A stretch of 64,000 nucleotides of DNA, from contig CBDETK010000013.1 in NCBI GenBank assembly GCA_965242865.1, positions 2,880,001-2,944,000 on the forward strand. The letters run 5' to 3'. A program made the position numbers and the translations under genes. The DNA comes from Candidatus Latescibacterota bacterium. GTDB lineage: Bacteria > Latescibacterota > UBA2968 > UBA8231. The notes beneath the pieces were generated by a model. That model was not told the DNA's origin, ran no database searches, and saw only the letters and a program-made list of their open reading frames with translations. Positions 55,796 through 64,000 of the stretch are shown piece by piece; position 1 is the first letter of the stretch, and each line of letters opens with the position of its first letter.

Positions 55796-57046
55796 ATGCG
55801 CTCCATTCCTCCACAGCCGGTTATTGCCGCGGCTGCCCTGCTCCTAATCGCCTGCGCTACGGCGCATTCTGAGGCCGCGCAAAAAAAGCCTCTCCACATA
55901 GAGGGCTACGGCGAGCTCATGTACTCCCACTTCGATTTTGGGCCGGACCAAAAGAGCGGCCCGCACGGTTCCCCACCGGACAGCCGCGCCGTCATCGACG
56001 TCACCCGCCTCGCGCTGGAGTTGGAAGTCGAGCTGCTCAAAGACGTCGAGCTGGAGGCCGAAATAGAGTTTGAGCACGGTGGGGCCGGGGCCGCGCTGGA
56101 ATTGGAATTTGAAGAGTTCGGCGAATTTGAGCAGGAAATAGAAAAAGGAGGCGAAGTCATCGTCGAGGAGCTGGCCGTCACCAAGAAGTTCAGCGACGTC
56201 CTGTCGGTGCGCTTGGGGCATTTCTACGTGGCCGTAGGCTATTTGAGCCACTACTTCCGGCCAACCGACTTCTTTGGCACGCGGCGGTCCGAAGCCGAAA
56301 CGTCCGTCATCCCCAGCCTCTGGCACGAAACCGGCGTGGAGCTGTCCGGGCACTACCGAGGCTGGTCTTACCAGCTCCAGCTAGTCAACGGGTTGGACGC
56401 CACCGGCTTTAGCAGCCAGCACTGGATTGTCGGCGGCCAACAAAAGCGCTTTGAAACCATTCAGGCCACCAACATGGCCGGCGTCGTCCGCTTGGATTAC
56501 CAACTCGCGCCCCAGCTCGTGCTGGGCATTGCTGGCTACCGCGGCGACAGCGCCGACAATCGCCCCAAGCCCGACATGGAGGGGATCGACGCGCATGTCT
56601 CCATTTTCGATGTGCACGGAGCACTGACTTGGGGCCGCTTGCGAGCGCGCGGGCTATACCTGCGTGGGCATTTGCAAAATGCAGCCGTTGTCAGTGCGCG
56701 CAATCGCACGCTTTCCAACAATCTAGAGGTATTGCGCTCGCCCGTGGCCGAAGGGGCCTACGCGGCGTTTGTCGAAGTCGGCTGGGATCTGCTGCCCTCG
56801 CTGGTGGCCCAACCACGCGCCCGGCTAGACGTGTTTTTTCGCTTCGACGCCTACGACACCATGGCCGCGGTCCCGGCGCAGACCTTTGACAACCCGCGCT
56901 TTGAGCGCACCGTCTATACTGTGGGCGCGAACTACAACCTCGAAGATACCGTGGTGCTCAAAGCCGACTACGCCATGCGGCGGCTAGGGGCCGATCACTT
57001 TAACGACGAAAATACCCTGAGCATTGGGCTGGGGTTTCAATTCTGA
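55796..57046 (+). CDS. Outer-membrane porin-like protein of imelysin operons
   Basis: Signal peptide, GYGEL, EIEFEHGG.G...E.E.EE.GE.E.E.EKGGE acidic loop, PSLWHETG, terminal Phe. Confidence 0.8.
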   Translation: MRSIPPQPVIAAAALLLIACATAHSEAAQKKPLHIEGYGELMYSHFDFGPDQKSGPHGSPPDSRAVIDVTRLALELEVELLKDVELEAEIEFEHGGAGAALELEFEEFGEFEQEIEKGGEVIVEELAVTKKFSDVLSVRLGHFYVAVGYLSHYFRPTDFFGTRRSEAETSVIPSLWHETGVELSGHYRGWSYQLQLVNGLDATGFSSQHWIVGGQQKRFETIQATNMAGVVRLDYQLAPQLVLGIAGYRGDSADNRPKPDMEGIDAHVSIFDVHGALTWGRLRARGLYLRGHLQNAAVVSARNRTLSNNLEVLRSPVAEGAYAAFVEVGWDLLPSLVAQPRARLDVFFRFDAYDTMAAVPAQTFDNPRFERTVYTVGANYNLEDTVVLKADYAMRRLGADHFNDENTLSIGLGFQF

Positions 57047-57085
57047 AAGCTGGGCTTTCAATTCCACCAAAAGGAGCTGCTCATC

Positions 57086-58150
57086 ATGCGAACCACCTTC
57101 TCTTCCTATCTGGCCGCTTGCAGCGTACTGCTGTTCGCCGGCTGCGGCGATGACGACGAGACCGCTGTCGGCCCGTCGGAATCGTTCAATTTTTCGCCGA
57201 TTCTGAATGACTTCACCGACAAGGTCATCATTGCCACCTACGCGGATCTCGACGAGCAGGCCGGGGAGCTTTTGGCCGCGGTCGAGGCCCTGCAAGCCGA
57301 TCCTACGGCTGCAACCCTCTCCGCCGCTCAAGACGCTTGGGTGGCCACGCGCATCCCTTGGGAAGCCAGCGAGGGGTTCCTCTTTGGCCCGGTGGATTTC
57401 AACGGCTACGATCCATCGCTAGACAGTTGGCCGGTCAATCGCATTGACCTCGATGGGGTGCTGGCCAGCGACAGCGACTTGACCGCGGAGTACGTGGGTG
57501 GGCTGGACGGAACGCTCAAGGGCTTTCACACCATTGAGTACCTGCTTTTTGGCGAAGGGCGCAGTAAGACCGCGGCCGATTTGACGGAGCGCGAGTTCGC
57601 TTACCTGATTGCCACCACTCAACACCTCAAGGCCACGGCTAGGGACCTGCACGCGAGTTGGATTGCCGATGGTGGCAACTTCGGCCAAAAGGTGCGCGAC
57701 GCCGGCCATGGCAGCGATGTCTATCCGTCCGCCCAGTCAGCGGTCCAAGAAATGGTCAACGGCATGATCGGCATCTGCGACGAGGTGGCCAACGGCAAAA
57801 TCGCCGACCCCTTTGTCGAGGAAGACCCCCGCCTCGTGGAATCCCAGTTCAGCTTCAACTCCATCGCCGACTTCCAAAACAACATCCGCAGCGTCCGCAA
57901 CGTCTATACCGGCGACTACGCGGGAACCGGCCGGGGCTTGGACGAATTCATCCGCCAGACTGACGCCGATCTAGATCAGCGGCTCAAGCTGGAAATCGAG
58001 ACCGCCATCGACGAGATTGGCCGCATTGAGCAGCCCTTCCGCGACGCCATTGCCTCCGATCGGGAGCAAATCGAAACGGCGCAGGCGGCCGTGGCCCGCA
58101 TCCAGCAGACCTTAGCGGAGGATATCCTGCCGCTGGTGTTGGGGAGTTAA
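57086..58150 (+). CDS. Imelysin-family iron-regulated lipoprotein (IrpA-like)
   Basis: Lipobox FAGC; WEASEGFLFGP, DSWP, GFHTIEYLLF. Confidence 0.9.
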   Translation: MRTTFSSYLAACSVLLFAGCGDDDETAVGPSESFNFSPILNDFTDKVIIATYADLDEQAGELLAAVEALQADPTAATLSAAQDAWVATRIPWEASEGFLFGPVDFNGYDPSLDSWPVNRIDLDGVLASDSDLTAEYVGGLDGTLKGFHTIEYLLFGEGRSKTAADLTEREFAYLIATTQHLKATARDLHASWIADGGNFGQKVRDAGHGSDVYPSAQSAVQEMVNGMIGICDEVANGKIADPFVEEDPRLVESQFSFNSIADFQNNIRSVRNVYTGDYAGTGRGLDEFIRQTDADLDQRLKLEIETAIDEIGRIEQPFRDAIASDREQIETAQAAVARIQQTLAEDILPLVLGS

Positions 58151-58167
58151 ATTCGTCCTAGAGGAAA

Positions 58168-59562
58168 ATGGTCCTAACTCGTAAATCCGCACTCTATCCA
58201 CTTCTTTTTGGCGCCCTAGCCCACTGCGGCGACGACCGCGGTGGGCTGGGGCCGACGCCTGTACAGGACGACCGCCTGCTATCCGGTGGTGCGGCCACGG
58301 TGTTCGACGCCAGCAGCACGGCGTTTGAAAACCCCATCCCGGCACTGGACGGCTTGGAACTGGAACGCTTTTTGGCGGGCGATGCGGCCTTTGAGCAGGT
58401 CTTTGTCACCGCACCGGCCGAGGTGGGACATGGGCTGGGGCCGGTGTTCAATCAGACCTCGTGCGCTGGTTGCCACGCCCGCGACGGTCGCGGCCGAGCT
58501 GGGTTTGGCACCGACGCCCCCTTCATTGGCTCCATGCTCATGCGGATCAGCCTCCCGGGGCTCAATCCCCAAGTGCCCGGTGGGCCTCAGCCCGTGCCGG
58601 GGTTTGGCGAGCAAATCGGGGATCGCGCCGTGTTCGGGGTGGAACCCGAAGCGCGGATTGACCTGACCTACGTTGAGGAAACCCGCTATTTTGCCGATGG
58701 CCAAGTCTATTCGCTGCGCTTCCCCCAGTACGAAATAGTAGATGCCTATCGGCCCTTGCCCGCCGACGCGCTGTTCTCGCCGCGCATGGCGCCGCCGGTA
58801 TTTGGGCGCGGCTTGCTCGCCGCCATTCCCGAAGCGACGATTGTGGCGTACGCCGATCCCGGGGACCGCGATGGGGATGGCCTATCTGGCCGCCCCAACT
58901 GGGTCTATAACTTTCGCACCCAACAGGCCGAATTAGGCCGCTTCGGCCACAAGGCCAACAACCCGGACCTATTGCAGCAAGTCGCCCGGGCCTATCAGCA
59001 GGATATGGGTATTACCACCCCCTATTTTCCCGAGGAATCCGCAGCCGAGCAGCCGCAGGGGGATGGCCGCGAGGACGACCCCGAAATCGGCCAAGAAACG
59101 CTGGAGATCAACACCTTTTACGTGCAGACCTTGGCGGTGCCGGCGCGCCGCAACATCGACGATCCGCAGGTTGTGCGCGGCGAAGCACTTTTTGCTGAAG
59201 CCCAGTGCTCGGGCTGCCACCTTCCCACCTTGCAGACCGGCCGCCACGAGATTGCGGCCTTGGCCAACCAAACCATTCACCCCTATACGGACTTGCTGCT
59301 CCACGACATGGGGGAGGAATTGGCCGATGAGCGGCCCGACTTTGACGCCGATGGCCGCGAGTGGCGCACCCCGCCGCTGTGGGGAATTGGGCTGACGGCC
59401 ACAGTCAATGGCATTCCCGCGTACCTCCACGATGGCCGAGCGAGGACGCTCGTAGAAGCCATTATGTTCCACGGCGGCGAGGCCGAGAACGCGCGAGAAT
59501 TTGTGCGTCAACTCGATGCGGCCGACCGCGACGCGCTCATCGCCTTCTTGCAATCGCTGTAA
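58168..59562 (+). CDS. Di-heme oxidoreductase (DHOR) family protein
   Basis: GLGPVFN..SCAGCH and CSGCH heme motifs; PYTDLLLHDMG, WRTPPLWG, LHDGRARTL. Confidence 0.92.
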   Translation: MVLTRKSALYPLLFGALAHCGDDRGGLGPTPVQDDRLLSGGAATVFDASSTAFENPIPALDGLELERFLAGDAAFEQVFVTAPAEVGHGLGPVFNQTSCAGCHARDGRGRAGFGTDAPFIGSMLMRISLPGLNPQVPGGPQPVPGFGEQIGDRAVFGVEPEARIDLTYVEETRYFADGQVYSLRFPQYEIVDAYRPLPADALFSPRMAPPVFGRGLLAAIPEATIVAYADPGDRDGDGLSGRPNWVYNFRTQQAELGRFGHKANNPDLLQQVARAYQQDMGITTPYFPEESAAEQPQGDGREDDPEIGQETLEINTFYVQTLAVPARRNIDDPQVVRGEALFAEAQCSGCHLPTLQTGRHEIAALANQTIHPYTDLLLHDMGEELADERPDFDADGREWRTPPLWGIGLTATVNGIPAYLHDGRARTLVEAIMFHGGEAENAREFVRQLDAADRDALIAFLQSL

Positions 59563-59565
59563 TTT

Positions 59566-60480
59566 TCAGGCGTCATCCGCGTAGATCGCCACAATGCGCT
59601 GCAACAGGTCCAAAGCCTGTCCGCGCGCTCGCTGGAAAGCGTTGCGGCCGATAATGGAGCCAAAGCCGCCGCCAGCGCGGATGCCTGCGATTTCCTCGAG
59701 GATTTCCGCTTCGCCCTTGGCCGGGCCGCCCGAAAAGATCACCACGCGCCGCCCGTTGAACGCCGCTTGCACCACGTGGCTGACGCGCTCGGCCAAGGTG
59801 CTGGCCGGCACACCCGAATAGGCCGTGCGGGCTTCGCTCTGCTCGATGTGGGCCGTAGGCGGTTTGACCTTGATGATATGGGCCCCTAGCTGGGCGGCGA
59901 TTTGGGCGGCGTACGCGGTGACGTCAAGCCCGGTCTCCCCGTCCTTGCTCAAGTCCGTGCCGCGCGGATAGGACCAGACCACCACGACCAAACCGCACCG
60001 CTTGGCCTCTTCGGCCAAGACTTGCAGCTTTTCGTACATCTCCTGCCGCCGGGCCGAACCCGGATAGATCGTGTAGCCGATGCCAACGCAGCCCAAGCGC
60101 AGGGCGGCGTTGATGGAGCCGGTGAGCGACTGGGTGGGATCGGCATCGGAGTGCAGGTTTTCGCGGTTGTTGAGCTTGAGGATCAGCGGCAAATCGCCGG
60201 CAAAGTCGCGCCCGCCCGCTTCGAGGAACCCGAGTGGGGCGGCGTAGGCACTAAGGCCGGCGGCGATGGCCAGCTCAAAGTGATAGCGAGGATCGTACGC
60301 GGGCGGATTGGGGGCAAAGCTGCGCCCGGGCCCGTGCTCGACGCCCTGGTCGACGGGCAGGATGACCAGCTTGCCCGTGCCCCCGAGCGCACCGTGGTTG
60401 AGTAGGCGGGCCAAGTTGGTCAAGGTGCCGGGGTTGTCGCTGCCGTACCAGCTTAGAATTTCGCGGACGCGGTCTTGCAT
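59566..60480 (-). CDS. fbaB: Class I fructose-bisphosphate aldolase (DhnA type)
   Basis: ILPVDQGVEHGP, WSYPRG, IIKVK, SGG and IIGRNAFQ motifs. Confidence 0.92.
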   Translation of the reverse strand: MQDRVREILSWYGSDNPGTLTNLARLLNHGALGGTGKLVILPVDQGVEHGPGRSFAPNPPAYDPRYHFELAIAAGLSAYAAPLGFLEAGGRDFAGDLPLILKLNNRENLHSDADPTQSLTGSINAALRLGCVGIGYTIYPGSARRQEMYEKLQVLAEEAKRCGLVVVVWSYPRGTDLSKDGETGLDVTAYAAQIAAQLGAHIIKVKPPTAHIEQSEARTAYSGVPASTLAERVSHVVQAAFNGRRVVIFSGGPAKGEAEILEEIAGIRAGGGFGSIIGRNAFQRARGQALDLLQRIVAIYADDA

Positions 60481-60517
60481 TTTGTACCTTTCTCGCAGGT
60501 GAGGATGGACAAAAGAA

Positions 60518-60554
60518 AAGCTCCTCTACCGCGCAAAGCGCGCTAGAGGAGCTT
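60518..60554 (-). terminator. Rho-independent terminator downstream of tRNA-Asp
   Basis: AAGCTCCTCTA/TAGAGGAGCTT inverted repeat followed by a U-rich tract on the minus strand. Confidence 0.85.
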
Positions 60555-60561
60555 GATAAAA

Positions 60562-60638
60562 TGGCGGGGACGACGAGACTCGAACTCGCGACCTTCGGCG
60601 TGACAGGCCGACGTTCTAACCAACTGAACTACGCCCCC
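60562..60638 (-). tRNA. tRNA-Asp(GTC)
   Basis: GGGGGCGTAGTTCAGTTGGTTAGAACGTCGGCCTGTCACGCCGAAGGTCGCGAGTTCGAGTCTCGTCGTCCCCGCCA; cloverleaf with GTC anticodon and encoded CCA. Confidence 0.97.
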
Positions 60639-60667
60639 ATTCACTTGCAACTAAGGTAAGAGCCGGA

Positions 60668-61207
60668 CTACATGCTGTCAATGGCCGAGGCTTGGGCCTG
60701 CGCGGCACTCTCCTTTTTTAGCCGCTTGAGTGCCCCGCGCATGAGTTGGCGCTTGAGCGGGCTGAGGTAATCGATGAAGAGCTTGCCGTCGAGGTGGTCG
60801 ATTTCGTGCTGGAGGGCGCGGGCGTAAAAGCCATCGCCCGCGGTTTTGCAGGGCTGGCCATCGAGGCCAATGGCCTCGACTTCGACCCAAGCGCAGCGTT
60901 TGACGTCGCCGTACAGGTCGGGAAAGCTCAGACACCCCTCCTCGCCGACTTGCTCGCCTTCGTGACCCGTGATCCGGGGGTTGATCAAGGCTACGGGCTG
61001 GCAGTTCGGCTGATGGGCGGCTACGTCCACGACGCAGACCCGCTTGAGGACGCCAATCTGCGGAGCGGCCAGCCCGACTCCGGCCGCGGCGTACATGGAG
61101 TCGAAGAGGTCGGCGACGAGGGCGCGGACGGCGTCATCTACCACGGAGACCTCGGCGCAGGGCTGGCGGAGGCACGGCGACCCAAACAGCGCGATTTCGC
61201 GTTTCAT
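60668..61207 (-). CDS. def: Peptide deformylase
   Basis: GVGLAAPQIG, EGCLS and QHEIDHL motifs. Confidence 0.97.
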   Translation of the reverse strand: MKREIALFGSPCLRQPCAEVSVVDDAVRALVADLFDSMYAAAGVGLAAPQIGVLKRVCVVDVAAHQPNCQPVALINPRITGHEGEQVGEEGCLSFPDLYGDVKRCAWVEVEAIGLDGQPCKTAGDGFYARALQHEIDHLDGKLFIDYLSPLKRQLMRGALKRLKKESAAQAQASAIDSM

Positions 61208-62253
61208 CGGTCCAAAGGGTCTAAGTCGAGGGCAATGTAGTGGAGGCCCAAGCCGGCGAGGGCCGCCACCAAGGCCGAGCGCACCGGGGCCGCGGCGAGG
61301 CGGGCGATGGATTGGGCGGGCAAGCGCAAAACGAGCATCCGGTCGCGCTGCTCGTACGCGGCCGGCAGGAGCGAATGGGCTGCGAGCAGCGGATTGACGC
61401 GCACAAAGAGCGGCTCGTCGCCCGCGGAATCAGCGATGGTGAGCAGCACCTCGTTCATGCTGCCGGAGCGGAAACCGCCCAGATCCGCGGTCGTTTGCCG
61501 GTAGCCAATTTCCCGCAAGTGCTCCACCACAGACCGGCACTCCGCTGGGTTGCCCAGCAGGCGCGTCAAGTCCTCAGCCGGCAACTCAATGCGCGACAGG
61601 GTCTCGTGATGGCGGGCGCGGACCTGATCAAAGCCACAGGTCTCGCGCAGATAGCGCTCGGCGCAGTCGATTTGGCGCAGGCCCTCGGCGGTGACCGGGG
61701 TGCCGTAGGGAAAGCGCGACGAGAGGCAAGCCATGGCCGGGCGATCCCACACCGCCAACCCCCAGCGCTTGGCCAAGGTGCGCACATCGTCCTTTGTCAG
61801 GCCCGCTTCCGCTAGGGGCGCGTGGACGCCGCGTTCGCGAGCCGCCGTAGCCCCGGGGCGGAAATCGCCGAGGTCGTCGGCGTTTTGGCCGTAGAGGATG
61901 TAATTGATCTTGAGGGTGTGCGCTAGCTGCTCCATGTGAGTGAAGAGCTCTTGTTTGCAGTAGTAGCAGCGGTTGGGCGCGTTTTTCGCGTAGTCGGGGT
62001 TGGCTAGCTCGCGGGTCTTGACCACCTCGTGGCGGATGCCAAACTCGCGGGTGATCTCGGCGGCTTTCTCCAACTCGCCGGTGGCATAGCTTTCAGAATC
62101 CGCGGTGACGCAGATGGCCCCCTCGCCCAAGACCCGTTGGGCCGCCACCGCTAGCGTGGCACTATCGACCCCGCCGGAATAACCGACCAGCACTTGGCCC
62201 ATGGGGCGCAGAATTTCTTCGAGGTGTGCTAGTTTTTCGTCGAGGGAAAGCAC
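61204..62253 (-). CDS. larE: LarE-family ATP-dependent sulfur transferase with C-terminal extension
   Basis: YSGGVDS PP-loop, RCYYCK, DFRPG, ACLSSRFPYG, GFRSGSMN. Confidence 0.88.
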   Translation of the reverse strand: MLSLDEKLAHLEEILRPMGQVLVGYSGGVDSATLAVAAQRVLGEGAICVTADSESYATGELEKAAEITREFGIRHEVVKTRELANPDYAKNAPNRCYYCKQELFTHMEQLAHTLKINYILYGQNADDLGDFRPGATAARERGVHAPLAEAGLTKDDVRTLAKRWGLAVWDRPAMACLSSRFPYGTPVTAEGLRQIDCAERYLRETCGFDQVRARHHETLSRIELPAEDLTRLLGNPAECRSVVEHLREIGYRQTTADLGGFRSGSMNEVLLTIADSAGDEPLFVRVNPLLAAHSLLPAAYEQRDRMLVLRLPAQSIARLAAAPVRSALVAALAGLGLHYIALDLDPLDR

Positions 62254-62258
62254 GGTGC

Positions 62259-63707
62259 TTAGAAAGGGGATTTTTCCGCGGACGCCGCACACGGCATGAT
62301 CGCAGCGTCAACCATGCCGTGCAGAATTTTCTTGTCGGCCGGGAAGACGAGGGCTTGGATGCCGCACAGCCGCGGCGCATCGCCGATGACATAGTAATAA
62401 GGACGCAGCATCACTCGGCCCCGCATGGGCACGACCTCGTCGCGGTCAAAGTCGTAGTAGCGCACCCGGCGGCGGGCGGCCTTGTGAAATTCCTGCAAAA
62501 TATAGGGCTGATACGCAAAGCGATCGAGGGCCGCTTGGACGCGCTCGGCCCATTCGGCTTCGGATAGGTCGTGGCCGATGGACACGCCCTTGCTCTCATA
62601 GGCTATGTTGGAAAAACCCGAGGGCTTGAGCACGAGCTCGCGCTGCTTCTTGGTTAGCTGCTTTAGCTGCTGCCAGTCGTTGACGGGTTGGCCGCCAATG
62701 TCGAGGCCGGGAATGATGGCGTGGGGCGGCAGGGGCCGCGCATCCACAATCCAAGAGCGCGGAATCAGGCTGCCCAAAGCGGCAAAAGGCTCCTTGCCCA
62801 AGGCGCGCCGCCAATGCGATTTGAGCGCGGGATGGTGGTAGAGGGCCAGCCAGAGCTTTTCTTCGAGATATGCCTTTGGCGGCGGAGTCAAGCACAGGGC
62901 GTTTTTCTTGGTGAAGTAAGCAAAAAGCTCGGCCTTGGGGATGTTTTTGAGGTCGAACAGCTCGAAGAAGCGATAGGCTGCGTCAATGCGCCAAGGGGCC
63001 GGCTCGTCAGCGCCTTGGAGGAAGAGGCCCTGTTCGTCAAAGCGAGCCTCGCGTGGGTGGGCACTGCGGGCCGGTTTGCCGGCCGCCTGCAAGCACTGGA
63101 CCAGCCACTCCATTTCTCGGCGATAGGCTTCGGACTCGTCCGAGACGAACAGGGCAAAATGCGGCTTGGCTACCTTGGCGGCCGCGGCCATAGCTTCGTA
63201 GAATGGGTCGATCAGGCCGCGGGCCCCGCCGATAATGTCGTAGCCGAGGTCGCCATAGACCTCCGAGATTTGGGCGGTGAACCCCATGCCGCCGGGGATG
63301 GCGTCTAGCTCGACTAGTTTGAAGCCGTCCTCGGTGAGGAGGAGGTCGGGACGGATGACCAAAGGCAACTGGGACTTGATGCGATTCCACAGGCCCATTT
63401 CGCGCACGGCACTCGGTTTGCCCAAGTCCAAGTACTCGTGGATCCAAGGCGGCTCAACGCCCTTGACGCTCTGGTGGTAGAGTTGGTTGCAGGCCCGATA
63501 AAACTGATGTAAGACCCCGCCGAGCTGGTCTAGGTAGCGGTGTTGCGCCGGCGAGAGCCAAAAAGGCTCTGGGGCGATGCGCCAAGGCAGGTTGCTGTCT
63601 GGGTGTAGATGAGTGCGGTCGCCTTCAAAAAGGCCGCCGGCGGGACAATGGGCGTTGATGTGGAGGCAGAGTGCTCTGAGGTCGGATGCAGTGCTGGGCA
63701 GGGACAT
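62259..63707 (-). CDS. ATP-grasp ligase, glutathionylspermidine synthase / circularly permuted ATP-grasp-like
   Basis: IRPDLL...ELDAIPGGMG, LEEK, LVLKPSG and YILQEF motifs. Confidence 0.65.
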   Translation of the reverse strand: MSLPSTASDLRALCLHINAHCPAGGLFEGDRTHLHPDSNLPWRIAPEPFWLSPAQHRYLDQLGGVLHQFYRACNQLYHQSVKGVEPPWIHEYLDLGKPSAVREMGLWNRIKSQLPLVIRPDLLLTEDGFKLVELDAIPGGMGFTAQISEVYGDLGYDIIGGARGLIDPFYEAMAAAAKVAKPHFALFVSDESEAYRREMEWLVQCLQAAGKPARSAHPREARFDEQGLFLQGADEPAPWRIDAAYRFFELFDLKNIPKAELFAYFTKKNALCLTPPPKAYLEEKLWLALYHHPALKSHWRRALGKEPFAALGSLIPRSWIVDARPLPPHAIIPGLDIGGQPVNDWQQLKQLTKKQRELVLKPSGFSNIAYESKGVSIGHDLSEAEWAERVQAALDRFAYQPYILQEFHKAARRRVRYYDFDRDEVVPMRGRVMLRPYYYVIGDAPRLCGIQALVFPADKKILHGMVDAAIMPCAASAEKSPF

Positions 63708-63916
63708 CGAATAGGCTCGCTAAGCAGCGGTCTGAAACCCCACCTTGGGGCATGTTGAACAAACTGAACAAACCGTAGAGGCCAGCCTCCGTGCCGGCCT
63801 CCTTCTAAAATCACGTCCACCAATTTAGGATAAACGACATACCAGATCAACGACGGGCCGGTTGGCCAAAATTGAGCACCCACCGCATATTTGCTCGCAC
63901 CACAAAGGAGCGCGAT

Positions 63917-64000
63917 ATGGAGCTAATAGGCAGGCGTTGCCTAGTGACCGGCGGCGGACGCGGCATTGGGCGGGCCATTGCCTTGGCCTTGGCGCGAGAA
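63917..64000 (+). CDS. Short-chain dehydrogenase/reductase (3' end outside window)
   Basis: AAGGAG RBS; MELIGRRCLVTGGGRGIGRAIALALARE Rossmann motif. Confidence 0.85.
   Translation, partial: MELIGRRCLVTGGGRGIGRAIALALARE

Noticed and set aside
60562-60638. tRNA-Asp as an island attachment site
   Set aside because: No duplicated tRNA 3' end or integrase noticed; flanks are housekeeping genes

Overview
GC-rich bacterial chromosome segment. The FlgD/'PNGDGIND' C-terminal-domain proteins, a C-terminal WGxIK tail and CRTAC1/ASPIC proteins suggest an uncultured FCB-group organism such as Latescibacterota (inference only). Housekeeping and metabolic genes (biotin carboxylase subunit B, birA, phoX, recQ, oppD/F, an iron-uptake-like porin/imelysin/di-heme operon, fbaB, tRNA-Asp, def, larE) are interleaved with four accessory blocks. 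(1) A lower-GC defence islet at 4.1-10.1 kb: Cas2/VapD-like plus 2TM gene pair, then a type III R-M system with a 3TM membrane gene between res and mod. (2) A ~19-kb minus-strand cluster at 14.7-34.1 kb of mostly uncharacterised secreted proteins: CBM9-like WGxIK protein, three paralogous FlgD/type-B-CTD proteins, two paralogous ~920-950 aa acidic putative barrels and a PPIase lipoprotein. It looks like an undescribed T9SS-like surface-display module. (3) A ~9.9-kb island at 34.3-44.2 kb bounded by an almost perfect 118-bp direct repeat. It encodes a RiPP/bacteriocin-like system: leader-bearing 127-aa precursor with CxxCH, two CPBP proteases, TPR, XRE, S8-DUF1611 fusion, ACP, BtrH-like protein, phosphatase, glycosyltransferase and truncated HlyD. 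(4) Two toxin-antitoxin loci whose toxin genes appear internally deleted, plus an IS5 remnant. All family assignments come from motif recognition by eye; no searches were run.
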